From Azolla caroliniana (Eukaryota; Plantae; Polypodiophyta), in the NCBI GenBank assembly GCA_043228905.1, contig JBHGNT010000005.1, positions 22,010,001 to 22,074,000 of the forward strand: 64,000 nt of DNA. Direction: 5' to 3'. The notes beneath the pieces are model-generated. The model made no database searches, was not told the DNA's origin, and saw only the letters and a program-made list of their open reading frames with translations. This document shows positions 1 to 13,600 of the stretch, in pieces; within the stretch, counting starts at the first letter, position 1; each line of letters opens with the position of its first letter. The translations under genes were made by a program, and so were the position numbers.

Positions 1-1900
1 TGACAAGGGATTTAAAACCAAACCAAACAAAGAAAAAGGAATTTAGAAGATCAGTGTATCCTGAACGATTAGAATAGAAGAGAGAAAGACGAATGAATTG
101 TGAAGAAAAGAAAGGATGACAAGAGATCGAAACGAATGAAAATCAAGAAAAGACTGAAGAAGATGATCGCACCTTCTTCTTCTGAGGAGGAGGAGGAGAA
201 GCAACATCGTGATTTTCCTGGCCGATTAGCAGTAGATTTTCCATGGAAGCTCGAGTTCGAATCAGACGATGAATCCAAACTCACTCTCTCTCTGGCCAGG
301 AAATCGCGGACTCCAAATTCAAAAATTAATTCCAGTTAATTCCCCAATTTGAAGATTCAAAACTTTCCCCACGAAGGAAAGAAGAAAGATTTGGCCTTCC
401 AACGAACGGATGAAGAAAGGGATCGGGATCAATGGTGCCTGAATCAAAGCACATCCTTATATTTCAGTCGGGCGTCGATCGATCTCGGAATCAAATTTGA
501 GAAAGATTAATAGTGATAATCAAACTATTGCCCATTTAATTAGAGTAATTCAAATTAGATTCATCACGAGCGAAAAATAAATCAGGCATTTAACTAAAGT
601 TGAGAAAAGATGATTGATTGCACCTCTCTTTTCCATTCGAGTTTTTATGATGATGAATAGTGATCGTGGGGGAATAATTGGAAAATAAGGATGGAGCTTA
701 CATGAAGTCTGATTGGCAATAATAAATCCTCATTAGCTCTTATTTAACAGCTGATCGATCGTCCGAATTATCTAGGGATGGCCAATTTCATTATTTACTA
801 TGAAACCATCAACATATTAACTACTTTGCCCGTGATTTGACAATTAAGAGGCAGGTTAATTATGTGGAAATATTTAATCTAAATATAATATTTATTTATT
901 ATTACGAAAAGTTATTTCTATTATTATACTTTAAAGAAAACTCTTCATTTGAAGAGACATAACTTTTTGTTCATCGTCTCTACTAAGAAGCCATTTGGGC
1001 TAATGTAACACACACAATTAATATAGAACAATTTTGTGTATGTGTGATCTCTCTCTCAATCTCTATTTGTATAGTTGCCGATTTCTACAAATTAGGTAGC
1101 TATCCACGAGCTCTGCTTAATAAATCAACCGTTAATCAAGCTTGCCTTGTGAATCAAATCTTAATCTTAAACAACCAAAGTGTTAGCATAATCCCATATA
1201 TGCTAGGCACTACCGATTATACTGTAGGCTTCTAATCACTCAAATGGATTAGTAATTACTAATGCCCCCCTCTTTCCGTATTGTATCTAAGGTTTAGGTG
1301 CGTATAATACCTCGTGAATGGTACTGTTATACACATACTATATCTTAAAGTTACTCTGCTGAATCGTTCACCTTTTTTATTTGGTTTAATCCAGTACTTA
1401 ACTTACCGGGTTGGTGCAAATTGAATTACGTATAATAAGTACTTCTTCAGGAAAAACTCTAAATTTCATCAATATTAAGAAACATAATACACAGAATGCA
1501 CACTTTATATTCTATTTAGGGGCTTGAAAATGGTTTTGGGGTTCTAGACCACTCCAAAACGCATCACAGATACATATGGTCCTAAACTACTGGAATAATT
1601 ACGACCATTTACCTCTGTGCTAAGGTTAGAAGCACTAAATAAACTTCTTAATTGGCAATTGAAACACAGGGACATATGTGCCAAATCACAGCCCATAGCA
1701 TCTGCAAACTACTTCAACTGGTACAATCTCATGGGAATCCTCTCTGGCCAATCACTAAATCAAGTTTACTGCTTAAATAAATGGCATTCTTATAATGGAG
1801 AGCTCATTGTTTATATTTCTGGTAGGATCGCTGCTAGCTAAAAAAGGAGAATTATTCATTCTCTTTGTGGGAGGTGGCATAGAGGATCCAAAACAATGAT

Positions 1901-2088
1901 TCACTGGATATGGACTTATTCACCAACAATAACTTTTAATCCATCAAATTGAAGGACAAACTTCGACTCAGATTTCCAAACATATAGTCTGGAAAATCTT
2001 TTTAGTCACTGGATATGGGCTTATTCATCAATTGAAGGACAAACTTCGACTCAGATTTCCAAACATAAAGTTCGGAAAATCTTTTTAG
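1901..2088. repeat. Imperfect tandem duplication (105 bp + 83 bp copies)
   Basis: TCACTGGATATGG...AATTGAAGGACAAACTTCGACTCAGATTTCCAAACATA...GGAAAATCTTTTTAG occurs from 1901 and again from 2006. Confidence 0.85.
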
Positions 2089-2732
2089 TTTGTGTGGCCT
2101 CTTTGATCCCAATCATTTTTACAAGGTGATGATGCAATCTTCTCAGCTTTATTTCGAGCGTCTTTTAGACAATGAAATTGATAAATTTTCTGGTTTTCGT
2201 ACTGCGATTACCTCACAATGAGGTTACCCGACAGAAAAATACCTCCCGAGTCCCGACTATAGTAGAATACTCATAGAAATTCTAGATTTTTGTGAGATGT
2301 TTGACAATGGTAGGATCTGATTGTTTTTATTAATTGCCAAAATCTAATGCATCCAAAGCAATCAAATATCTGTATCCGCATACATACAATTAGCACGGAC
2401 ATACATTATCTGTGCATGAATTTCTGAGCAATATATGTAGAAGTTCAGTTTTCTATTTTTATCTTCTTAATGTATGACCAATCTATTGAAACGTACATAT
2501 CTTAATGTACGATGTAGTATTGAGATTAAAGCAAACACTTTTACAAACTCTCAAGCTGCAAAAGTTTTGGTGGGGGTGAAAGATTCAAATGTTTCACTCC
2601 ATGATAAAAAATGGGGGATTGTTCATAACAATTTATGTTTCTAAAAGAATGGCCATGCAGGCGGTGCTACTGCATAGCTCAATTAGCAGAATCATGTAAT
2701 GTGATTGCAGTTATTTACATAGAGGCATTGGC

Positions 2733-2870
2733 TTAATCACTTTCACATTTCTCTGTTTTTTTACATGAATTATCTTTTCCATTTGATTGCATGATGAGAT
2801 TCAATAGATTGACATCATTCGGATGGTTGAGCTTTTGACAATTCGGCCAATATTCATCTGTGGTGAGGAC
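2733..2870 (-). CDS. RSL: Class I RSL bHLH, exon 5 (RSL motif VLTTDEYWP to stop)
   Basis: Acceptor TACAG|GTC at 2871/2870; VLTTDEYWP matches the class I RSL domain (VLATDEFWP type); TAA at 2733-2735. Confidence 0.92.
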   Translation of the reverse strand, partial: VLTTDEYWPNCQKLNHPNDVNLLNLIMQSNGKDNSCKKTEKCESD

Positions 2871-4189
2871 CTGTACAACAAGAGAGTAAAATGATATTAT
2901 GCCTTTGTTAATATAATTATAAACAATATCCACGCTTGACCTGTAAATGTATACAGAATTATAAATTACACGATGCATTACACATGTCATATAATTTACT
3001 AACAAATTAACCAGTGCACGAAATATAAGCATGTCTTATAGATACATGATCTATATATTGATCATCATGCATGCAAAATTGTGTTCTTAGGTAATAAATT
3101 TATATCATAGAAGGAATTCCTCATGATCATCCGAATAATTTAACATATCATATAGCTTTTCGCTCATGATCCAAAGTTTGCATGCATTATCTATGGCAAT
3201 TTCTGGTGGAACTTGACCTTTGAACTTATATGGGAATTAATTGTCATGCCAACTCGATAGCAGTATTGTCTCAATCCTTTTACTGGATGCTTTCATGGCA
3301 AGTTTTTATTACCACGTTAATTATGAAATGGAGATATTGAGAAGCTTCAATTGAATTCAAATTAGTATGAAAATGTGACCCCCTTCTATTTCATAATAAG
3401 AAATTTTTAGTGTGTATTTCTCATACATTTTCAATTAAGAAAATTAATTTCTGGGTTTGTTTAGATGGCCCCATGATTATGAGTCATATTTTTGTGTAAA
3501 TTGCTAATCACATTATAATATAGCATCAATTAGTACCCTGCAAATTCCTACAAGACATTTCAGTAGATCCCACAATGGGGTCTAATTTCATGCTTTCATG
3601 ATTAGATATAATCTTATTCTCTAATTAGCATATATAGGTTGACAAGCCAAATCCTATGTATTTCATCATCATCTAACTACTTTGAAAGAATAGTAAGCTA
3701 ATCCAACCAAAAGAAGTCCATAACATTGAAGTGTTATTTGGAGTCTCCATCAATGGATTAAAAGACATGCTACCATGAGTACCCATTTTGAGATTTAGGG
3801 TTTGTAATTATCTAAGGAATTACTTGCAAAATTGTTTCCGAATTACTCCATATACATTGTCATGGTTTGTTTTCATGCGTTCAAGCCAATGTGGTATAAT
3901 TAGGTTATTGATATGTCGAAGATCAATGAGTTCTAGAGATGGTATCCTTTTCCATGGGTTATTAATCTATATGTTGAAGTCTTATATAATTCCTAGGAGT
4001 GTATTTAGGTTCTTTGATGAGCATAACCTATAGGTTCCTCGCACACTCAAAGCAAACACTAATTCTTTGTTTCCTAACAAATTTATGATAAGCTGATATT
4101 CCAAACAGCATAGAAATGATCGCAATACTAGAGAACTTCTAATGCACCTACATTTATTCTTCGTATAATAACATTGGACCTAGATGCTC

Positions 4190-4398
4190 GATTAGATTAA
4201 CAATGGAATACCTCGATTAGATTACTGATGGAATACATCGATTAGAATACTGATGGAATACCACGATTAGAATACTGATGGAATACCTTGATTAGATTAC
4301 TGATGTAATACCTCAATTAGATTGATGATTAGATTAACGATGGAATACCAAGCACATGCATTGATTATATTAACGATGGAATACCGAGCACATGCATA
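4190..4398. repeat. 25-bp minisatellite in RSL intron 4
   Basis: Units GATTAGA(T/A)TACTGATGGAATACCTC repeated about five times, followed by degenerate copies. Confidence 0.85.
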
Positions 4399-4472
4399 GA
4401 ACACTATAATTTCTATTCACTGCACTATGTTGAAGACCTCAATGTATTAAGTTTAGCATACATATTGCATAC

Positions 4473-4538
4473 CTTGACTTGTAGTTGGAGGAATTTCACA
4501 TAATTGATTGCTTTCTCTAGCATTGTCACCAAATCTAC
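4473..4538 (-). CDS. RSL: Class I RSL bHLH, exon 4 (VDLVTMLEKAINYVKFLQLQVK)
   Basis: 66 nt between GCAG| and |GTATGC; helix 2 with the class I RSL signature VDLVTMLEKAI. Confidence 0.95.
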
Positions 4539-4668
4539 CTGCACATACAAGCCATAACTTATATTAGAATTTGATTTAATTTCTTGTTTGTTTAATGTGT
4601 CTGTGTGTGTATATTTAACTAGTAATCATAGCACTAATTAAGAGCTAATTAGCAGCTATAAGGCGTAC

Positions 4669-4734
4669 CTTAGTTCCATTTGGAACAAGTTCTTGTAGAA
4701 TCTTCAAGCGTTCACTTATCCTTTCTCTACGGAG
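4669..4734 (-). CDS. RSL: Class I RSL bHLH, exon 3 (LRRERISERLKILQELVPNGTK)
   Basis: 66 nt between TAG| and |GTACGC; encodes basic region and helix 1 of the bHLH. Confidence 0.95.
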
Positions 4735-4860
4735 CTACATTATAGAAAGTCAGATCAGAGTAATTCAATGATTGCAAAATGCATTCAATCTTTTGAGGTG
4801 AAGAGGAATGAGAAATATTTTAATTCAATTCAATTATATCTTTCAAAATTAGGGTTTTAC

Positions 4861-5097
4861 CCGTGCCGCGATGCTTTGTGGGTCACTTGCGATTGATTGT
4901 TTGGCGCGAGTAGGTTTCGAGGAATTGGAATGATTTATGCTAGCTTTAGATGCAGGTTTTGTAGCTGGAGTATGACCAAATTGTTCATTGCTAGTATAAT
5001 TGGCCGATGATGCAGGATAATTATAAGAGCTCGGAGCTTGATACAAGTTATTATTCAACTTCTTTAATGGTTGAAGAGTTTGTGATTGCTCACCTTC
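4861..5097 (-). CDS. RSL: Class I RSL bHLH, exon 2 (ends ...ASDPQSIAAR)
   Basis: Acceptor ATTCAG|GAA at 5098/5097, donor CGG|GTAAAA at 4861/4860. DPQSIAAR is the start of the RSL-type basic region. Confidence 0.9.
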
Positions 5098-5828
5098 CTG
5101 AATCACATAATAATTATATACACATGATTTCTCGCATATTACTCATGTAATTAATTATAGTTTAGCAGATCGATCGATCGCAATACAGATTATTTTTAAT
5201 CGAATGCAAGAAATTATTGCATGTTAAAGAACACATTTATGCAACTTGAAAGCATTCATAATTTTAGTGTTTATCCTTTTATAACTTAGATAATTGAATA
5301 GAGATCGGCTCACACATTGCATTATGGATTAACCTTAGTGAACCTTTGGATCTCTATCAACTTAAAGGACCCATACTACTTACAATTAATAGCCATATAC
5401 ATATATATATATGCATTGATAGATTGGCTATACAAACAGTGATTGGGTTAATCTTAACCCAATTCAGGAGACTCATTTAAAATTACATCAGAAACCACCT
5501 TAATTCCCATTAGTTTTTTCATGCATTAGTCTAATTATATGCATCAGCTTGAACAGATAAACCAGCTTATGGATTAGTTAACCATGCCTGTTCGTGTGAT
5601 CATCTGCGTGAATATATAATGACATGGATCAGGTTGCACAAATAGATTATGAGGTTTATGTTTTTATACATATTTAAGAAAATGCCTGGCCGCCTAACAT
5701 TTAATTTTTATGCACATTGACTTTAAGTGACTAATGCAAAGATTGCTAAAACATGGAAGAATCATTGAGATAGTTAAACAAATTAAGAGTAAAGCTTAAA
5801 AAGTTTGCAAAGGAATGTGTTTGCTTAC

Positions 5829-7619
5829 CACCGCAGTAACTTGATCTTGAACATGATCGTCTGCATCATCATGTGGGCGCTTATAGCTAGTGTTCATGAA
5901 TGGATGATTAGTTCCATTGATTATGGGTAAGGACTTGGAAGAGGAGATCATATTATGGTTGTAGATTGGGTCGATATATTTATCCGGATCCTGATCATTG
6001 TTGTAGTAATGATTAGTAGTAGTAGTAGTATGGAAATTATATAGGCTACCTGCTCCAATGATGTTAGTAGTGGCCGTGTTATGATGGTGATTCATGTTAT
6101 TATGATTGTGATGATGTTCATCATCATCTGCATCATATTGATGGACGATTTGATCCATTAAGGACATATTCACAAAGTTGCCTGCAGGATTAGTCATGAT
6201 TGGATTGCTATACTGCTGCAAGAACTCATGATGATGGGTTGTTGCTAATGAATTGTTAGGATTGGGCGCTCCATGATGATGATGGTGATGACTCCCATTC
6301 ATGGTTTTGTGGTTGCTGATTGCATTAATTCCATCATTATAAGTCATGATCATCGAATGAGCAGGATTATTATTTTCAGTGAACTGATGATCAGGATCTG
6401 GCATGACTGCATTAGGGTGCTGATGAGGAGTAGTCATGAATATATTGAACCCATGATGGTGATCATCATCCTCATCCTCATCATTCACATGGCCATGATT
6501 CTGCAGTAAAATTGGATGATCTAGAGCATGCACACTGGTGGGGTTATTATTATAATACTGAATTGGAATTGACATGTCATTAGGAGCTGTAGCAGAGGCA
6601 TTAATGTTAATGTATTGATCCATCATAAGATGATTAGTGCTGGGTATGATTGGATGCAGGATATTGATGTTCATGTTATGGCTGCTTAATTGTGAGGTAA
6701 TGCTGCTGTCTATTTGATGATTATGATGGTGATTATGATGGTGATGGTGATGATGATTATCAGAAGCATTCAGCATTGCTGTAGCAGACATGCTATTACT
6801 GATCATCATCAATTGGTCATCATGCCTAGTGCCATGGCCATCATCATGCTCATGATGATCCATACTGTTGTTATTCATACCATTGCTCATATAATCCATT
6901 ACATTAAAAGGATGCAGTCCTTGTCCTGCATGCATCTGATGATGATGGTGATTATGATGGTGATTATGGTGATGATTCATTGAAGATATCTGCATAATCC
7001 CATCACCAACATTATCATTATCATCACCATCGCCATCACCACCATTCTCATCATCATTATCATTCTCATTCTCATTATCATCATCATCATCACCACCATC
7101 ATCATCATCATCATGAGGAGGATTGATATTGATATTGATATTGATATCATTATTATTATTACTGCTGTTCTGATGATAATTATCGGATTTTATCGACTGA
7201 TTATTGTTCCTCGATTCTCCATCGTTGTTGTCATCGGAGTCGCAGCTCGTGTTGAGATTGTCCGAATTGTTGTTCATGCTCGCCTTGGATGATATCGTTA
7301 TGTTATAATCCATCGAATCATTGTTGTTGTTGTTGTTGCTGTTATGATTGGAGGCCCAGGATATTACTGGTGGATGCTTAATGACAACATTGTTCATCAA
7401 TAAGGATGATGATACATTGATTAAGACATCATCATTGAAATGGTGGATCAATTGAGGATTAGCATTAGGATTAGCAATCGGATTAGGATTAGGATTAGCA
7501 TTGGCGTTGGCATTGGCATTAGGATTAGCATTGGCATTAGAGCTAGCCTTAAGATTAGGGTTAGGATTAGTATTCTTGGCTACTAATTTACTCGAAACCT
7601 TACTTAATTTTGTGGCCAT
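5829..7619 (-). CDS. RSL: Class I RSL (RHD6-like) bHLH transcription factor, exon 1 (597 codons, low-complexity N/H/D-rich N-terminal region)
   Basis: ORF 5796..7619 from ATG; consensus donor GTG|GTAAGC at 5829/5828 in phase 0, matching the phase-0 acceptor of exon 2. The exon1-exon2 join is inferred from splice signals only. Confidence 0.72.
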
Positions 7620-8399
7620 GGTTATAATACAATTGGGAGCACTTGTGCTTATACTTAAGGTAATCGAGTGTATGTTGCAAACCTCTCTATACTTTAGTGA
7701 TTAGGTATATATAGTAAGCAAATGTTGGTATCTAGTTAATTAATTAAGTATTCTAAGTATCTTCAGTAAACTTTATAATTGTCTTAAAACAATAAAGCAT
7801 TGCATTCAATGTATTATATGCAATTAAATAGTATTGAGCCTGTAATCGGATTACAATTGGATTAAAACTCAATGAAAGTAAAAATTTGGATAAAAATTAG
7901 ATTAAAATTGGATAAAAGTATGGATTGAAGCTGCTTAATTAGAAATTGGATTGAAGACTGAGCTAAAAATTGGAAAAATATTTGGATTAAGAAGTTGAGG
8001 AAAATTTGCAATAAGAATTGCATTAAGAATGGATCAATTCTTAATTAATAGGCAAAGCTTGTTGATTAAGAATGGGTCAATTCGTAATGATCAAAAGGAA
8101 GGCTCTGTTAATAAAAAAACATTGGGATCAAATGTACATATAATTATGAGAATGATTAAGTTGAGATAATAGAATTAGGTACTCGTTTAATCAGAAGCAT
8201 AAAATGATTCGATTAATGAAGATATTCATCAATGGAATGAATGAGAAACGAATTGGAATTTTATATCAATCATTTAAAATCCTGTGTTTCTTTAGCGATT
8301 TTTTTCCACATCAGTATTAAAATCGAATCTAATTTAAAATTATTTGATTATTATGTAACAAACGCCGACATGATTGTGTCTGCTTTTCGGGCCCCCAAA

Positions 8400-8760
8400 T
8401 AATTAAAAGCAAATAAGATAAAATAAATAAAAATTAAATATAAATATAAATAAAATAAAATAAAAATGCACAAGTAAAATAAGAATAAAAGTAAAAGTAG
8501 AATAAGAATGAGAATTAAAATAAAAATATTAAAATTGAAATAAGAAAAAGGATAAAAATAAAAAATAGGAATAAGAGTGAGAAAAATATAAACAAATAAA
8601 TAAAAGAGGACAAAAATAAAAGTAAAAGAATAAAATTAAATTAAAAAGTTAAATAAATAAAAAAAGGGTTAAATAAAACAAAACAAAATTTTAAAAAATA
8701 AAGAAAAAGGTTAAAAATAATAATAAAAAGATTAAAAAATAAAAACAAAAATAAAAATAG
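8400..8760. repeat. A-rich low-complexity tract upstream of RSL
   Basis: Almost entirely A with interspersed T/G (AAATAAAA-type units). Confidence 0.8.
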
Positions 8761-8979
8761 TCAGTTAGTTATATAAATTGGCCACCATGCCCATCTCACG
8801 TCCTCTTCTCCCTTTCAATATTTAACTCTAAATTTTGGACTCATCCGAGAGCCCCTTCCACCCCCCCCTCCCTTAAAGAGATCATGCATGATGAGATGAG
8901 ATTTACATTATGACATGGAAGATGAACAAGAAGAGAGAGAGAGAGACACACACAATGAATAGGTTTAAGGGAATGTCGG

Positions 8980-9160
8980 TAACGACACCAACTTTAAGGA
9001 AAGCCCGTATACAAGGAAGTTTGATGCCCATTTATGTGACAGTAGATACGAGTCGAATTGGGATTGGATGGGTCAGGAACCAAAGAGGGAGAAGAGTGAC
9101 CGACACTATCAGATTCGGAGCAAAGGTTGCTCACCGAGCGAGACAACGTGGATATGCATG
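8980..9160 (+). pseudogene. Degenerate gypsy RT-connection/RNase H fragment
   Basis: PIYVTVDTSRIGIGWV...IRFGAKV...RQRGYA resembles a gypsy RNase H N-terminus (D-x-S-x-x-G-I-G, RQRGY motifs); isolated and disrupted. Confidence 0.6.
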
Positions 9161-9246
9161 CCCATTGGCAATCTATCTGTGCACACACACCCACACACAC
9201 AATCTGTCACTTCGCGTCCATACTACCCAATACCAATCGACTACTC

Positions 9247-9307
9247 ATAAGCTCCTCACATCAATCCTCTTTCAATGCCCGCCCGACAACAATATCAATC
9301 AACTCGA

Positions 9308-9346
<39 letters not shown>

Positions 9347-9412
9347 CTCCTCACATCAATCCTCTTTCAATGCCCGCCCGACAACAATATCAATCAACTC
9401 GACCATATATAT
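9247..9412. repeat. ~65-bp direct duplication flanking a (TA)n microsatellite
   Basis: ATAAGCTCCTCACATCAATCC...CAACTCGACCATATATA at 9247 and 9342 with (TA)n between. Confidence 0.9.
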
Positions 9413-11895
9413 ACTTCTGAGGCGTAGTTGCGTTGGGTGTGACACTTGCATAGAGGCAAGAGAGGTGCATTGTTGTGTTAACTTTTCCCGCTCGGAATTG
9501 ACTCGCGACCGTTTACTATAGCCTATCGTAACAATATTGTTGTGCTCCAATTGCCTCCACATTACTTGAGACCACTTATTGTTGCGTTTGCTTTACCCAC
9601 ATTCAGTTTTGCTCCCCTAGTCCATGTTTGGTCGCATCATTCAAATTTGCTTCCTCACACATTCCCCTCCTCCTAGCTTTCCATCCCTACAACACATCTC
9701 GGTCCCAGTCTTTGTCTTTGTCTCTCTATCCTCTCAATTTTGAAGGGTACTCGACTTCCATGCATAATTTTCCTCAAACAAGTTCACGAGTATGAGTAAT
9801 CACACTTTGATATAGAGTGCTCTGCCTCAAATCACCACATTTGAGCCTTTGCTTTCCAAACATTCTCAACTTGATCAAATCCTTAGATGCTTTTTTCTCA
9901 CACTCACAATTGCAACCTTCACGAATAGAATACTTGAACATTTGAGAGTTACAATTCAACTCCAGACATTATGTGAAAATGTTTTAGTGTCGAGTTAGGT
10001 TGTCCTTCAAGCATAGATACATGTTGTCATGCACTCTATGAAGAAAATCAAGCAAGGACCCATTTGTAGTCATACTCTAATTATAGCATAGACCCCAAGA
10101 CTTAAGGTGGTCAAACATAATCTCCTACCGTGTTGAGTCTCTCTCACTCCACCCATTTGTCGCGTCCATTTCCAAGCATGCTCTCATATTCCTCCCCCAC
10201 CATACTCAAGATTATCAATATTTCTAATTAGTTTGTGCCTTAACATCCCCACAAAGTTGGCCCTCCATCAATTTGTTTTATCTTAAACATTCTTGGCCGC
10301 CTTAAAAAACTATAATGATCAAGGTTGCATCGAGATATGTCAATGACAACACATTAACTCTCGTTGTAAATACATTGAATTTTGCGTAATGATAATAATT
10401 CTTTCCGATATTAAAGATTCCTCCAACTTGGCTAAATACTTTACGTTTTATCATTTCCCTAAGAGAATATTTTACACCTATTATGAAAACTATAATGACT
10501 TTGAAACGTTATGTTATTTTGATATGGTGTATGTATTAATTTTTTTATTATTTCCTTGTTTTTATATTGCATCAATTACTTACCCATGGCTTTGAAATAC
10601 TTACTTTTGAACGGACAAAGAAGTAGAGGAGCCTTGTGAGAATGCATGATTATGTAAAACAATGCATGTTATAATGAACATTACCTCTAAAGATGTTTCT
10701 TAACCTCGTAATTTCACATAGGTAAGCACATTTATATTGTTGAATTACTCAGCCTTTGAAATACTAACCCATATAGACATGCAACTATTGCCTTTTCATT
10801 CATTACATGACTATAAGCAAATGTAATTGTAGATTGAGGAAACAACATTGTATCCTTCATGAGGTTTTCTTATAATAGGTCATGAGAATCTCATGGTTGA
10901 GAGGGCTATATTTAAATACACCCTTCACATTGAAATCTAAGTCGAAGAGGTTATAATGTGAATAAGTGAATGCTTTCCATCTTTAATCATACAAAATCCG
11001 AGCTAGTAAAATAATAAAGAATGAATGAAACTCATTGATATATCATAAAACATTTCAAGGAGAATTTATGCATATATATATATATATATATATATATAAC
11101 GATGAGCTACATTGATTTTAATTAGGCGGAATAAAGATGTTTCTAGATGGCAACAACTAATGCAACGATGAAGGTACCCCCACTTGATAAAGAATTTATG
11201 TTGCAATGAGGGGGTCCTCCATATAGGAAGGGGCAACTAATAGATTCTTAAAAGTAGTATCTAACATGTTAGGTTTAGAATTCCATTGAATATGCACATT
11301 GGAGTCATCTTCCAACACTAATTACAGATAGCTGATTGTCCATTTACCATGTTGACATAATGTATCATGTACCAGTAGGATGCTCAAGTTGGTCCAATAA
11401 TGCACTCCACATTGATAATGAAGAGTGAAACATTGAGCAATGAACAAGGATCGTAAAGCTTGATGAGACCAAGCAAGCACACAATTCGAGTAGGAGCACT
11501 TGCAATTGCGGTTGATCCTAGAAGTGTCTACTACTAAGTTGTTTTGGCCAAGAGAGGAATGTCAACATGGAAAGAGGTCAATTTTATTTCGAAAAAGCTC
11601 TCTGTTGTGGATTGGAAAGGCAGTGCATGTCTACGAAAAGGGAATTTTTTCACCCACATAAATGTCATTGGTATGACAATCCTAATACATACACACACAC
11701 ATTACAATTCCATAAGATAGTAGTAATCGAAGATTTTGAGCTTTAGTGGCTTTGTTAAATCAAAACAAGTGGCCAATTTATTTTGCTGACGATCATGCTA
11801 TACGATGTTCAAATTACTTATAAGCCATGTTGTGCAACTATAAATCTGTTTTTAATGAATTCATATGAAATTTTGTATTGCAAGACATGTTTGTG

Positions 11896-12069
11896 TTCTA
11901 ACATGAAGTTAATACATGTGAAGATGCCATACTTTTCCTTTGTGAGACATGCCTTGCATTCTAACATGAAGTTAATACATGTGAAGGTATCATACTTTGC
12001 CTTTGGGAGACATGCGTTGCATTCTACCGTGAAGCTAATACATGTGAAGATGCCATATTTTGCCTTTGT
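11896..12069. repeat. 63-bp tandem repeat, ~2.8 copies
   Basis: TTCTAACATGAAGTTAATACATGTGAAG... starts at 11896, 11959 and 12022. Confidence 0.88.
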
Positions 12070-13536
12070 ATGACGATCCTATTCATGATCTTAGAATAGC
12101 ATTTGACCACATTAGCTCTATTATAACATGTTCATTCCTTATTCCAATATTCCTTATACGCATTTATGAGTTCTTATATTCTTTTGATAAATATGAAAAA
12201 GTCAAATCGTCGTGTACGAAAATTATTCCACTATAACAAGAGACCCTAAACATCATGTTTTAACAAACTTTGCATCATTTTCCATTGATAATACAAAGAA
12301 ATAACCCAAGGAGAAAACATGGTCATGATCTACTTAAATATTCCTCATTTAGCTGACAAACATGGGTGATACTAGAAAAGATCAATGCAAGCATTATAGA
12401 ATTACAATTGGATTTATAGGAACAATGCATAAATGGAGAGAATTTCTTGTCTCTTGACCAATTTAATTTATGACACACATTCATTCTGTTACTAAAGGGA
12501 CACATTGCATGTGGCAAAATGAATACAAAATTTCATTTTGTCTTTATTAGAATGATGACGACAAAGATAACTACTATTGGAGATAAACAAAAGAAACATG
12601 GAGTGCAATTTTTGCCACATAATCATGTCTTTTTGTATGCTAATCGATGTGAACATATAACCTACTTACATTCAAGACAATAACTAGATTCACCACAAGA
12701 TATAGTAACAACTAAGATATTGAGAAATTGGTGCTATATAATGAATTTCTAGTATGTTATGAACCAACACTCATGACTATTAATTAGATGTAGAAAATAC
12801 GAATATTCATTAGATGTAGAAAACTAACTATAACTTCTAGAATATCATGCTACACTTTTTAGTGATGATTAACCATGCCTGAGAAAATACATTATTTACC
12901 ATCCAAGTTAAATGGCTAAAATGTACTACACGACATTGTTGTATAGTATAACGTATCCAAAAGCTATAATGTAAGAAGCTAAGAAGGAATTCTTAATGTG
13001 CATTTTGCTATTCCTTTTCTTGCAAATGTTGGATATGACCTCATAGACCTAACAATTTACATTATTTCACGTAAACTATACCTTGGGACACTATAATCAA
13101 ATGGTAGCACATTGGCCCATAACATTTCAGAAACAACATATTGCACAAACAACATGCAAGTTGCATACAATGAAATCAATCTCCCCATCAAGATAAAACT
13201 TGATGAAAAGTTTTCTTCAACACTTACCAAGTTGATGGTCAACTAATATTGTTACATACCAACCTCAATTATGAATAGTAGATTTAATTAGTTGATCATA
13301 AAACAACATGAATTCACTAATTGTGAATATGATATTAATCATCAGATTACAATCACATGTTTTGCCAAGCTTAAATAAACACAAAATATAGAGTTGTTAA
13401 GAGATAATACTCTTTTGATTCCTTTCCAACTACACCTATTGTCATGAAGTACACGTCACATGTGCACAAACAAGAATTGAGCCACCATTCGCAAGTGACG
13501 TGGAGGCGGCATAAGTTACTTTGCAAGAATTGTCTT

Positions 13537-13600
13537 TGGCAAGTTAGGTCTTGAACCCACAAACTTTGAGATAGATTAAATCATCTCCACTAATAGCCTA
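13537..13600 (-). other. tRNA-derived (SINE-head-like) remnant
   Basis: Minus strand GGCTATTAGTGG (A-box-like) ... GGGTTCAAGACC (B-box-like); no cloverleaf or tail recognised. Confidence 0.35.

Noticed and set aside
69-460. Short ORFs and CT-rich minus-strand sequence suggesting the 5' end of a neighbouring gene
   Set aside because: No recognisable protein motif; it may be UTR/intron of a gene outside the window but cannot be supported here.
6273-6983. Plus-strand Met/Val/Ile-rich ORFs
   Set aside because: Antisense shadows of the CAT/CAC/AAT codon repeats of RSL exon 1.
11783-12073. 96-aa ORF with repeated MKLIHVK motif
   Set aside because: Produced by the 63-bp tandem repeat; no AUG start or domain evidence.
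12300-13260. Faint resemblance to a decayed hAT transposase (KFSPFMHC...)
   Set aside because: Similarity is limited to a few residues, with no TIRs or TSD found; it needs a translated profile search.
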